From: Candidatus Portnoybacteria bacterium
GTDB lineage: Bacteria; Patescibacteriota; Minisyncoccia; Portnoybacterales; GWB1-42-6
Reading direction: 5' to 3'
Length of the DNA stretch: 64,000 nt
NCBI GenBank assembly: GCA_028688325.1
Contig: JAQTYI010000003.1
Coordinates: 32,116 to 96,115 of the forward strand
Below, piece by piece: positions 1 through 8,958 of the stretch. Under the pieces are notes generated by a model. That model was given only the letters and a program-made list of their open reading frames with translations, was not told where the DNA came from and did not search any database. A program made the translations under genes and the position numbers. The stretch's first letter is position 1; every line of letters starts with the position of its first letter.

Positions 1-365
1 CCGATTATTCCAGTTGGTTCATCGCTTTCCGCTTCTTCCACAAGTTTCGTTAAAAAATCCGACCCAACCGTTGTGTCATTATTCAGCAATAGAACATAAT
101 CCGCGCCTTTTTCCATCGCCAACTTTATTCCTTGATTATTTGCTCCGGCAAAGCCGAGGTTTTTATCGTTCTGTATTTGCGTAATTTTTAGATTCCGGGT
201 CGAGCCCGGAATGACAAAAGGAGACGGCATCAGCTCTTTAGACGCATTATCTATCAACACAACCTCAAAATTATCGTATTCCACCCGGCTCAAAGATTCC
301 AGACACTCTTTTGTGTCCGGCCAGCCATTGAAATTGACGATGATGATAAATACTTTTTTCTTCAT
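1..365 (-). CDS. Glycosyltransferase family 2 (3' part outside window)
   Basis: Manual translation MKKKVFIIIVNFNG...LIDNAS...NLGFAGANNQGI...LLLNNDT, typical GT2 motifs; not in ORF track. Confidence 0.85.
   Translation of the reverse strand, partial: MKKKVFIIIVNFNGWPDTKECLESLSRVEYDNFEVVLIDNASKELMPSPFVIPGSTRNLKITQIQNDKNLGFAGANNQGIKLAMEKGADYVLLLNNDTTVGSDFLTKLVEEAESDEPTGII
191..216. repeat. Palindromic GTCAT-type half repeat inside the GT2 reading frame
   Basis: gattccgggtcgagcccggaatgaca, encodes VIPGSTRN on the minus strand. Confidence 0.8.
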
Positions 366-384
366 GATACCGACTGTCTCTTTC

Positions 385-447
385 TGTCATCCTGAGCGAA
401 GCGAAGGATCTTTAATAGATTTTTCGCCCTACGGGCTCAGAATGACA
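385..447. repeat. TGTCAT...ATGACA palindromic repeat
   Basis: tgtcatcctgagcgaagcgaaggatct...agatttttcgccctacgggctcagaatgaca. Confidence 0.85.
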
Positions 448-457
448 AAATAATAAA

Positions 458-745
458 TCAGTCCTTAAAATCCAATAAATCCTTAAATTCCGGGTTTTTG
501 ATTTTTATCAATTCTATTTTTTTGTTTCTAATCCAACCTTTTATTTTCTTTTCGGCGCATATCGCATCTTCCGGATTATTAAAAACCTCATAAAAAACTA
601 ATTTATTAACTTTATATTTTTTAGTAAATCCCGGCGTTAAACCGTTCTTATGCTCATACATTCTCCTATACAAATTATTTGTGATGCCCGTATATAAAAC
701 AGAGTTTGTATAATTGGTAGCAATGTATATATAATAATTTTTCAT
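458..745 (-). CDS. Small GIY-YIG nuclease family protein
   Basis: YYIYI...LYTGIT..L.RR..EH...AI..EKKIK.W...NP motif pattern; AT-rich. Confidence 0.9.
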   Translation of the reverse strand: MKNYYIYIATNYTNSVLYTGITNNLYRRMYEHKNGLTPGFTKKYKVNKLVFYEVFNNPEDAICAEKKIKGWIRNKKIELIKIKNPEFKDLLDFKD

Positions 746-776
746 AGATTCTTCGGGTTTTGCCCTCAGAATAACA
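746..776. repeat. Half copy of GTCAT-type repeat upstream of GIY-YIG gene
   Basis: agattcttcgggttttgccctcagaataaca resembles 416-447. Confidence 0.7.
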
Positions 777-784
777 CTTCTTTG

Positions 785-3439
785 CTAATACACCCTCCTT
801 ATCTCCGCCCCCAGATAATAATATTTCAGGACCTCCTGATAATTTTTCGCGCCCGTTATGGCAAACCGGCGGCTGCCCGCGGCAGAAAGACCGACGCAGT
901 GATTGCCGCCTCCGCAAATGGACTGCGTATAAGGCGCGCCGATGGGATCCCTCACTCCGCCAGCCAGATATTCAAAACCGGCCTGGCAGAACTGCAAGCC
1001 CCAAATTGAGCAGGCGCTTTTTGTGCCGACCGTATTCAATTCCGGCGCGCCGGAAGAATAAGCCGTAATTATGGGCGAGCCGTTATAAAGCGCCATCTCG
1101 CCCCGCGTGGATTTGACCGCGTCAACCACAGTTGGAGCCGCGGTTTCGCGGACATAACCCTTGTAAAGCTGATCGCTTGAAGTATTATTCAGGATATATA
1201 CTTCGTCCGCTCCGCGCTTGCCGCCTTTCAAAATATAATAATAAGCGTAGGTCCTGGCCGCCACAATCATCGTTTTTTGGTGCTCGACCGGGTCGGTTTG
1301 CGAAATTTCCGCGATGCCCTTAAGATAATCCTCGAGATTCAATTCGTTGACCGCCCAAATCTTATTGGCCTTGGCCGAATAAATTATTTCCACGGCCCCG
1401 CGGAATTGATTGTAATTCAACGACGGCTTCCAGGCCGGATGCTCTTCATAAGAAACGATCGTGACGATTCCGTCGACGGCTTGAGGCGCAATTTTCACAA
1501 AAGCGCCGGAAGCAACAGTAGGAATATTATAGACATAGTTCTCGTTGGCATTCTTTGCCGCGATTATCTGCCCGGATTTATCCAAAATATTATAAGCCGT
1601 GCTGGCGGTTAAAGTAACGCCGGGCGTTAACACCTCATAAATTGCTGCCCTCATCTTGGGTTCGGAGCCGGTTATTGGCACAGGCGTCGACGAAGGACTC
1701 GGCGAAGGGCTAACAGAGGGCGTGGCGCTCGGAGAAGGAGAAGCAAACGGACTCGGGCTGGCGGATGGCGCAAGCAACGGAGACGCCAAAGCCGCTCCGC
1801 GATACAGAACATGGAAATCCTGCGCCGCGATCACCCGAACGCTGGCCCATTTATATTTTTTCTTCTTGAAAGTCGCGCCATCTATCAATATCGGCTGGCC
1901 GCCGGATATCAGATAAACATTATTCTCGTCTTTGGGCCGCAAAAGAGTCCCCTCTTTATATTTTACATAATCGCCCGCCGGATAATAAGCCAGTTCCTCC
2001 GCCGGAATTTTTTTAATCTTTGACCAGCCATATTTCAGATTCAAGAATATTTCCGCGCTGATAAATCGCTTGGGCTTGCCGCCCTCAACCAAATAAACGG
2101 CTTCCTGGTCGGCCGCTTGCAAAAGCGTGCCGTCCGGATACGACAAGACCGCGCCGTCCAGATAATTTTTCAGATCCGCCGGAGCCAATTTCACTTTGGA
2201 CCAGCCATAGCCCAGCGCGACAAACAATGCGCCGGAAGGAACCCAGCGTTTTTTTCCGCCCTGAATGAGAAAAACCCGCCGGCCGTCGCTTAAGAGCTGT
2301 TTGTCGGGCCCGTATTTAACCGCGTCCGCCTCTTGGTATATGTTCAGGTCGGATTCTTCAACAACGCGCACTCTGGCAAAGTCAAAACCCAGTTGTGCAA
2401 ATTGTTTTGCCGTAACATTCAAATTTCTCTTTTTCCCGTCTTGTATCAGATAAATAGTCGGCTCGCCTGTAATTTGCAGGAGTGAGCCGTCCGGATATTT
2501 TAAGAATCTTGATTCGGAAAAAAGATCCAGCTGACTCTGTGAAATCGCGATTGATTTTTGGTAAACTCCGCCCGCGTTAGCATACGACGGCAAGTCATCA
2601 TAAATCTGGCGCGTGCCGCTGAAGATTTTATAAATTTTAGGCAAGCCGTCAACTTGGTAAATATAATTTTTATATTCGGCGGCAAAAGCCGCGGCCTCCC
2701 GGCGAAGACGGCTAAAATCAAGAGACCCGGGATCGGGATTGCCTTTTTCCACATCCTTATGCCCCACGATTATCGGCCCATTGTATAAACTGCTGAATTC
2801 GCTGGTAACCAGATTCCAAATGCTGGAAGAGCGCACACCCTGAGTATCAAGATTATTGGTTTGCGCCAGCCAAGCGACCAGCCGCGCCAAACTTTGGTAA
2901 ACGGCTTCGGGCGGCTGGATCTTGGCGTAATTGCCAAGCAGCGAAATTCCAATAGTGCCGAAATTGAAATTATCATTGGTACGGTCGACAAAAACATGCG
3001 CGGCGCGCGTGCCGTTTCCGCCGTATCGGCCCTCATAGATTCGGCCTTGCTGGTCGATGATATAGTTATAGCCGATATCTCCCCAGCCGCGCGTTACGGC
3101 ATGATACCGATATATCGCCTGAATGGTGGCAACCGGATTGGGGGTATTATTGCAAGTCGGATTTGACGCGTCGCAACCGGTATCATGAACGATTATCCGT
3201 TCCACCGGCTGATAATCGCTGGGTGAAGCGTTTTTATCAGGCATCCAGGTCATCAAAGCATTAAGCGCGGGGGTATTATCCCAAGTTGAACGGGGCAAGA
3301 TCACCGGCACATTGGAATCGCCATAGGTCGGATTTTCATTCTGCGCTTTGGTCAAGGGCGCAAAATAGCCGCCATTGGATAAAATAAGCGAGAAAATAAA
3401 CAGCCAAACTATGTTTTTGGTTAAGAATTTTCGTAACAT
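785..3439 (-). CDS. Secreted N-acetylmuramoyl-L-alanine amidase (PGRP/Amidase_2-like) with internal repeats and a SpoIID/LytB domain
   Basis: Signal peptide; IIVHDT, GWGDIGYN..IYEGR, HKD motifs; YPDG.LL repeats; Ser/Pro linker; LEDYLKGIAE...AARTY...QLYKG...GLS..G...YYY.G. Confidence 0.85.
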   Translation of the reverse strand: MLRKFLTKNIVWLFIFSLILSNGGYFAPLTKAQNENPTYGDSNVPVILPRSTWDNTPALNALMTWMPDKNASPSDYQPVERIIVHDTGCDASNPTCNNTPNPVATIQAIYRYHAVTRGWGDIGYNYIIDQQGRIYEGRYGGNGTRAAHVFVDRTNDNFNFGTIGISLLGNYAKIQPPEAVYQSLARLVAWLAQTNNLDTQGVRSSSIWNLVTSEFSSLYNGPIIVGHKDVEKGNPDPGSLDFSRLRREAAAFAAEYKNYIYQVDGLPKIYKIFSGTRQIYDDLPSYANAGGVYQKSIAISQSQLDLFSESRFLKYPDGSLLQITGEPTIYLIQDGKKRNLNVTAKQFAQLGFDFARVRVVEESDLNIYQEADAVKYGPDKQLLSDGRRVFLIQGGKKRWVPSGALFVALGYGWSKVKLAPADLKNYLDGAVLSYPDGTLLQAADQEAVYLVEGGKPKRFISAEIFLNLKYGWSKIKKIPAEELAYYPAGDYVKYKEGTLLRPKDENNVYLISGGQPILIDGATFKKKKYKWASVRVIAAQDFHVLYRGAALASPLLAPSASPSPFASPSPSATPSVSPSPSPSSTPVPITGSEPKMRAAIYEVLTPGVTLTASTAYNILDKSGQIIAAKNANENYVYNIPTVASGAFVKIAPQAVDGIVTIVSYEEHPAWKPSLNYNQFRGAVEIIYSAKANKIWAVNELNLEDYLKGIAEISQTDPVEHQKTMIVAARTYAYYYILKGGKRGADEVYILNNTSSDQLYKGYVRETAAPTVVDAVKSTRGEMALYNGSPIITAYSSGAPELNTVGTKSACSIWGLQFCQAGFEYLAGGVRDPIGAPYTQSICGGGNHCVGLSAAGSRRFAITGAKNYQEVLKYYYLGAEIRRVY

Positions 3440-3479
3440 TTCTCCTTAATCGTATCATAAAAATCGGGTTTATTCAAAA

Positions 3480-3508
3480 ACAAAGCCCCGCAAAAGCGGG
3501 GCTTTGTT
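3480..3508. terminator. Intrinsic terminator hairpin
   Basis: acaaagccccgc-aaaa-gcggggctttgt with A/T runs on both sides. Confidence 0.7.
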
Positions 3509-3563
3509 TTGTCTTGGCGAGACATTGTCTAACCCAAATTAAAAACAAAAAAACAGCAAAAAA

Positions 3564-3710
3564 CTATTGCTGTTGCGGCGGCTGCGTATTGTCTGTGCCG
3601 GTTGAAGGCGAAGAGCTCGGCGGCATTGTCTTGCCGTTCTCCTCCTTCATCGCCCACCAGATTACTCCTCCTATGATAACCAACGCGATGATGGCAAAAA
3701 ACCACATCAT
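3564..3710 (-). CDS. Small single-pass membrane protein (48 aa)
   Basis: MMWFFAIIALVIIGGVIWWAMKEENGKTMPPSSSPSTGTDNTQPPQQQ; below ORF-track cutoff; terminator downstream. Confidence 0.6.
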   Translation of the reverse strand: MMWFFAIIALVIIGGVIWWAMKEENGKTMPPSSSPSTGTDNTQPPQQQ

Positions 3711-3821
3711 AAGGGTTATTTAGAATTACACTTTGAGTATATCCGACCCTGGCAAAAACGCAAGGCCTCCGTGTTTTGCTGCTGTGGACAACTCCCGGCT
3801 CAAGATATAATTTTAAAAATT

Positions 3822-3913
3822 ATAAAATTTTCCCAGCGCGAAAATTTTACTCGCCAGTTTTGCTCGCTCTCCGCCCAGGACGGAACCGTGCCCGCTCACA
3901 AAACTGAGCGTTT
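3822..3913. repeat. Partial inverted copy of long structured intergenic repeat
   Basis: Reverse complement matches 36137-36240 (aaacgctcagttttg...gagcaaaactggcgagt.aaattttc). Confidence 0.75.
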
Positions 3914-3919
3914 TTAAAA

Positions 3920-5263
3920 TCAATCCCTCGCCTTCTGTTTTAAAACTACTAATTCGGTAAGCTTATAAACATCCCCCGCGCCCATAATCACGCAAATGTC
4001 GCCCGGCTGAAGATTTTTACGCAAATATTCCGCTGCCTCATCAAAATTAGACGCGTAAATAATATTTTCCGATTTACCCTGATCCTGCAGGCGAAGGGCT
4101 AATTTTTCCGAGCTCACTTTTTGCCTGATATCGTCTTTTTCCCTCCCCGTCGCGCTGTAAATCGGTAAAATAATTGTTTTATCTGCCGCGCCGAACGCGC
4201 CGACAAATTGGTCAAAAAAATCGTAAGTGCGCTGGTATTGGTGCGGCTGAAAAACGCACCAGAGTTTCCCTCCCCACTTTGTAAAAGGGGGGTCGGGGGG
4301 GATTTTTTTCAATAGCTCCCGCGCCCCCTCCAGCGTCGCTTTTATTTCTGTCGGATGATGGCCGTAATCATCATAAATTTTGGCGCCATTTAATTCACCT
4401 TTATACTCCATGCGCCGCCAAGCGCCGGTAAATTCATTTAGCGCTTCAACGGCAATTTTTTCATCAATGCCCAAAACTTTCGCCACGGCCAGCGCCGCGT
4501 TGGCATTGGAAACATTATGCTTGCCGGGAATTTTCAGATTCAGTTTTAGCTTATTTTCCGAGCTATATTTTTCAACGCGTAGTTTAAGATCCGCGCTTAT
4601 GAGCTTGGCAACATTTTCGTCTTCGCCATTTACAACTAAGATTCCGTCTTCCGGCAAATGCAAAATATATTCGCCGAAAGTTTCCATGATCTCGGGCAAG
4701 CCGCCTTTATAGGTATCCAGGTGCTCTTCCTCAATATTCAGCAGCACCAAAATCTTCGGCCAATAATTCAAAAACGACTTATCATATTCGTCCGCTTCTA
4801 TCACCAGATACTTACTTGTTCCCGGTCTGAAGTTGCTATTGCCCCACTCTTTGAGTTTCGTGCCCAAGATCACCGTCGGGTCCAGCCCGGCTTTCTCCAT
4901 CATCAAACCGATCATTGCCGTCGTTGTGCTTTTGCCGTGCATGCCGGAAACGGCAATTGTGTATTTTTCACGCGTCAGATCACCCAATGCCGCGGCATAT
5001 TTTTGCGTTTTCACGCCAAGCCGCCTGGCTTCAACCAATTCCGGATTATCCTCTTGCACCGCCGCACTAAATATCACGCAGTCCGACTGCGTGATATTTA
5101 GTGCTTTATGGCCGATGTAAATTTTTACGCCCAACTTTCTCAATTCCGCTACTGTTTCGTTTTTCACCGCGTCCGATCCGCTCACTTCGTCCCCTTGCGC
5201 CAAAAAATACCGCGCCAAGGCGGAAACGCCGATTCCTCCGATACCGATAAAATGAATTCTCAT
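3920..5263 (-). CDS. murC: UDP-N-acetylmuramate--L-alanine ligase
   Basis: IHFIGIGGIG, GMHGKSTTT, EADEYD, DDYGHHPTE, VFQPH. Confidence 0.95.
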   Translation of the reverse strand: MRIHFIGIGGIGVSALARYFLAQGDEVSGSDAVKNETVAELRKLGVKIYIGHKALNITQSDCVIFSAAVQEDNPELVEARRLGVKTQKYAAALGDLTREKYTIAVSGMHGKSTTTAMIGLMMEKAGLDPTVILGTKLKEWGNSNFRPGTSKYLVIEADEYDKSFLNYWPKILVLLNIEEEHLDTYKGGLPEIMETFGEYILHLPEDGILVVNGEDENVAKLISADLKLRVEKYSSENKLKLNLKIPGKHNVSNANAALAVAKVLGIDEKIAVEALNEFTGAWRRMEYKGELNGAKIYDDYGHHPTEIKATLEGARELLKKIPPDPPFTKWGGKLWCVFQPHQYQRTYDFFDQFVGAFGAADKTIILPIYSATGREKDDIRQKVSSEKLALRLQDQGKSENIIYASNFDEAAEYLRKNLQPGDICVIMGAGDVYKLTELVVLKQKARD

Positions 5264-5985
5264 AAAAATTTTTCCTTAATAATCAACCAAGAAAAAACTA
5301 CCACCGACCGCCAGGTTTTGCGCCATTGGCTGGGTTGAACAAATAACCGCCAGAGCCACTCCAGCCCTATTTTTTGTACCATTTTTGGCGCGCGGCGCTT
5401 TCGGCCGGAAATGAAATCAAATGTCCCGCCGACGCCGATGGCGACTTTCACGACTGGCATTTTCTTAAGATTATCATAAATCCACTTTTCTTGCTTTGGC
5501 ATTCCCAGAGCGACCAGCAAAATGGCCGCTCCGCTGCGATTGATAGCGCTTATCGCCTCTTCATCGGCGACATACCCGTTTATCGTGCCGGCAATTTTCG
5601 CCTGCGGCACTTTTTGCAAAATATTTTTTACCGCCCCTTGCGCCACCCCTTCTTTGGCGCCGAATAAAAATATGCCATGTTGCGCGCCAAATTTTGCAAA
5701 AAGCGCAAAAACCAGGTCCACGCCCATCACTCTGCTCTTCAATTTCTCGCCGCCTGAAATATAAGACGCGATTACCGGCCCGACACCGTCAGATAAGCTT
5801 AAATCCGCTTTATTTAAAATTTCTTTTAATTTTTCGTCCTTTTGCGCCTGGACCAGAAAATCAGAATACGGTAAAACGATATGATGCTGCCGACCGTCGG
5901 ACAAAAATCCGCTTATCTTTTTCAGCGATTCCCCAAGATTCAGATTGTCTATTTTTACGCCAAGTAAATACAATCCAGTGGTCAT
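5260..5985 (-). CDS. WecB/TagA/CpsF family glycosyltransferase
   Basis: LSDGVG, RVMGVDL, LGMPKQEKW, GVGGTFDF, GLEWLWRL. Confidence 0.9.
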   Translation of the reverse strand: MTTGLYLLGVKIDNLNLGESLKKISGFLSDGRQHHIVLPYSDFLVQAQKDEKLKEILNKADLSLSDGVGPVIASYISGGEKLKSRVMGVDLVFALFAKFGAQHGIFLFGAKEGVAQGAVKNILQKVPQAKIAGTINGYVADEEAISAINRSGAAILLVALGMPKQEKWIYDNLKKMPVVKVAIGVGGTFDFISGRKRRAPKMVQKIGLEWLWRLFVQPSQWRKTWRSVVVFSWLIIKEKFL

Positions 5986-6071
5986 CCTGAGGCCGCAGGC
6001 CGAAGGATCTGAAAGATTCTTCGCTTCCCCCTTCGCTAAAGCTTCGGGGGGACAAGTCGCTCAGAATGACA
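5981..6071. repeat. GTCAT...ATGAC repeat with a nested second palindrome
   Basis: gtcatcctgagg...gctcagaatgaca containing cccccttcgctaaagcttcggggg. Confidence 0.8.
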
Positions 6072-6080
6072 ATTCTATAT

Positions 6081-6653
6081 TTATTCGTCTACTCCCAGCG
6101 GACAGCTTTCCAGCGTCGCGTATTCGGCGCCGTCAAATTTCAGATCGCTTTCCATAACCTCGATGCTTTTAACTTCAAATTGTACCTTAAAATCCTGTTC
6201 AACATCCGCCGGATTGATTTGCGCTTCTTTCCATTGCTCCATTTTCAACCGCGCCAGAGTGATATGCGGGCTAAACGGCCTGTTCTCAACCTTCCGGAGC
6301 CCCGCATTTTTGCTAAGAAGAGCTTCTTCCAGGGCTTTTTTTAATTCATCCAATTCCGGGTTTTTTTCCGCTTCAAGCCAAATCATTCTGGAAGCTTTAT
6401 CTTTCGGACCTAAGGCGATGCGTTTGAAATTAATGAAAAACGGATCGGCTTTGCCCGCCACCTCGCGCGCTATTTTGCACGCCTCCAGCATCTGTTCATT
6501 GTCAACATAACCGATAAATACCAGCGTCAAATGCAAACTTGCCAATTTTGTCCATCGCGCGGGAAGATAATCAAATTTTTCCTGATATTCTTTCAAGCGT
6601 TTTCGGACTTTTTCTGACAAGTTTATGGCGATAAAAATTCTCTTTTTAGTCAT
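6081..6653 (-). CDS. thpR: RNA 2',3'-cyclic phosphodiesterase (2H family)
   Basis: RIFIAI, HLTLVFIG and PHITLAR motifs. Confidence 0.9.
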   Translation of the reverse strand: MTKKRIFIAINLSEKVRKRLKEYQEKFDYLPARWTKLASLHLTLVFIGYVDNEQMLEACKIAREVAGKADPFFINFKRIALGPKDKASRMIWLEAEKNPELDELKKALEEALLSKNAGLRKVENRPFSPHITLARLKMEQWKEAQINPADVEQDFKVQFEVKSIEVMESDLKFDGAEYATLESCPLGVDE

Positions 6654-6680
6654 ATTCTTTATTATCTCTGTGTTTTTACC

Positions 6681-6852
6681 CGTGCATACGGAAAATTTTA
6701 ATTAGACCGGGAGCGAGGATTTACTTTTCTGAAACGCTCAGTTTTGCTTGCTTTCTCTGTTCGCCGCGGCGAACAGAGAAAGCAAGCAAAACTGCGTGAG
6801 TGAAATTTTCTACGCTGGGGAAAATTTCACGATTTCAGGAAGCAAATCCGAG
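6681..6852. repeat. Long structured intergenic repeat
   Basis: Collinear with 36090-36261 (gcatacg...gagcgaggatttactt..ctgaaacgctcagttttgc...tccgag). Confidence 0.8.
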
Positions 6853-6903
6853 TAATCCTATATTTGCTATATTATCACAGCCAATGCTAAAATCAAACAA
6901 AAC

Positions 6904-8958
6904 ATGCGCCTTTTTGATATCATACCGCTCGCCAGAATTCCCGCCGCCTTGCCTCAAGTTTTGAGCTATTTTTCCGGCCAAAATCTACCAAACGGCGCTT
7001 TGGTCCAAATCCCTTTAGGTAGAAGAAAAGAAGAAGGCGTTGTTGTGGGCGCGCATGACATTGCCGATTACAAAATGGAAATAAAAAGCGCGGATTTTGA
7101 ATTGCGCAATATCAGCAAAATACTTTCGGCAAAACCCGTCTTAACGGCTAAACAAATTGAACTGGCTTTATTTCTGGGCCAATATTATTTTTGCTCACCG
7201 GGAATTTTTATCAAAATGTGTTTGCCGCCAAAAAACACCCTTATTCGTCATTCTGAGCGAAGCGAAGAATCTCTCGCGAATGCGAGGCCCAAAAAACAAA
7301 CCTTAATTCTCGCCCCAACAATAGCCCAAGCTGAAAAAATCTCCACTGGCTATAAAAACGCGGTTTTATGGCACAGCGGCCTTAAAAACAAGCAATTAAA
7401 AGAATCCTGGCAAAAAATTAAAACCGGCCAAGTGCAAACAATAATCGGCACTCGCTCAGCCGTTTTTTTGCCTTTTAACGGCCTGAAAGAAATTATCATT
7501 GAAGACGAGACAAACCCCAACCATAAGTCCTGGGATATGTTTCCTCATTATGACAGCCATATAATCGCGCAGAAGCTGGCGGAAATTTTTAGATGCAAAG
7601 TAATCTATAAAGATTTCGGTCATCCTGAACGAAGTGAGGGATCTAAAAAAGATTCTTCGGCTAATAAATCTCACGCAGTCAGAGTGCGTGAATTCAAACC
7701 GACTATTGTTGATATGAGAGAGGAACTTAAAGACGGAAATTTTTCCATTTTCAGCGTTGATCTTTACGAAGCCGCCAAAGACGCTTTGGCCGAAAATAAG
7801 CAAGTTATCTTATTCATAAACCGTCGCGGCGCGGCGAATTTCGTTCTGTGCCGCGACTGCGGTTATGTCGCCAACTGCCCAAATTGCGATTCCCCGATGG
7901 CATATCATCTGATAAACAATAGGCCTTCTTTATTTTGCCATCATTGCGGCGCCAAAGATATCCTTCCTAAACTTTGCCCCAAGTGCAAAAACTGGCGCAT
8001 CAAAACCGTGGGCTCTGGCTCCCAAAAAGTTGAAGCGGAAACAAAAAAATTCTTTCCGGACGCCAAAATTTCGCGCCTGGACAGCGACAGCGCGCCAAAG
8101 CCCAAAGACCAGCAAAAAATCATTGCTGATTTTATTGATAAGAAAATCGATGTCTTGATAACCACCCAGATAATTTTTTCCTGGCTGGAAGAACTGGCCG
8201 CGGCAAAACCGCAAGTTGTGGGAATATTATCAGCCGACACGCTTTTGCATCTGCCTGATTTCCGTTCGGGCGAACAGACATTTCAGACAATACGAGCATT
8301 ACAATCTTTACAAAATAACGCCCCCCGACCCGCAGCAGCGGGTCTTCCCCCTCTTAAATTAAGAGGGGGCGAGGGGGAGTTATCACAAAACAATTTCATC
8401 ATCCAAACCTACAACCCGGAAAATTCCGTCTTAAAATATATCCGCGATAATGACCGCAAGGGTTTTATCCAAGAAGAAAATGAAACCCGCCAGGCGTTGA
8501 ATTACCCGCCATTCTCGCAAATCGTTAAGCTAACCTTCCGACATCGTGATGCCGACAAAGCCGGGCAAGAAGCAAAAATTTTAGCGGCTAAACTAAATAA
8601 TGCTCTGCCCTCCCTTTCTGTCATTCCCGCCCCGCATCAAGTGCGGGGTAAACTGGAGACGGGAATCCAGGCCCTGACTCTTGAATCTGGATCCCGGGTC
8701 AAGCCCGGGATGACAAATAACAAGTACGCTGATAACATAGAAATATCCACCGCCCTGCCCGCCTTCAATCCGCGCTCGCGCGGAAAATTCGTTTGGAATA
8801 TAATAATAAAATTTCTTTCGGCTGCGGCTCCCTCCTTTTCCAAAGGAGGGTTGGGGAGGATTTTTACTACCTCCGAATTCCTTCAAAAAAGAAACTCTGT
8901 CTTGCAATATGTCCCGCAAAATTGGGAAATAGATGTAGATCCTGAAAATCTATTATGA
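6904..8958 (+). CDS. priA: Primosomal protein N' (helicase motifs degenerate, repeat-derived inserts)
   Basis: GTRSAVFLP, FINRRG, four CxxC pairs, PDFRSGE, YPPF, IDVDP. Confidence 0.9.
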   Translation: MRLFDIIPLARIPAALPQVLSYFSGQNLPNGALVQIPLGRRKEEGVVVGAHDIADYKMEIKSADFELRNISKILSAKPVLTAKQIELALFLGQYYFCSPGIFIKMCLPPKNTLIRHSERSEESLANARPKKQTLILAPTIAQAEKISTGYKNAVLWHSGLKNKQLKESWQKIKTGQVQTIIGTRSAVFLPFNGLKEIIIEDETNPNHKSWDMFPHYDSHIIAQKLAEIFRCKVIYKDFGHPERSEGSKKDSSANKSHAVRVREFKPTIVDMREELKDGNFSIFSVDLYEAAKDALAENKQVILFINRRGAANFVLCRDCGYVANCPNCDSPMAYHLINNRPSLFCHHCGAKDILPKLCPKCKNWRIKTVGSGSQKVEAETKKFFPDAKISRLDSDSAPKPKDQQKIIADFIDKKIDVLITTQIIFSWLEELAAAKPQVVGILSADTLLHLPDFRSGEQTFQTIRALQSLQNNAPRPAAAGLPPLKLRGGEGELSQNNFIIQTYNPENSVLKYIRDNDRKGFIQEENETRQALNYPPFSQIVKLTFRHRDADKAGQEAKILAAKLNNALPSLSVIPAPHQVRGKLETGIQALTLESGSRVKPGMTNNKYADNIEISTALPAFNPRSRGKFVWNIIIKFLSAAAPSFSKGGLGRIFTTSEFLQKRNSVLQYVPQNWEIDVDPENLL
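8619..8715. repeat. 97-bp GTCAT...ATGAC element inside priA
   Basis: About 7 mismatches to the intergenic copy at 12823-12919. Confidence 0.9.

Noticed and set aside
1660-1790. Low-complexity repeat in the amidase gene
   Set aside because: Ordinary Ser/Pro linker
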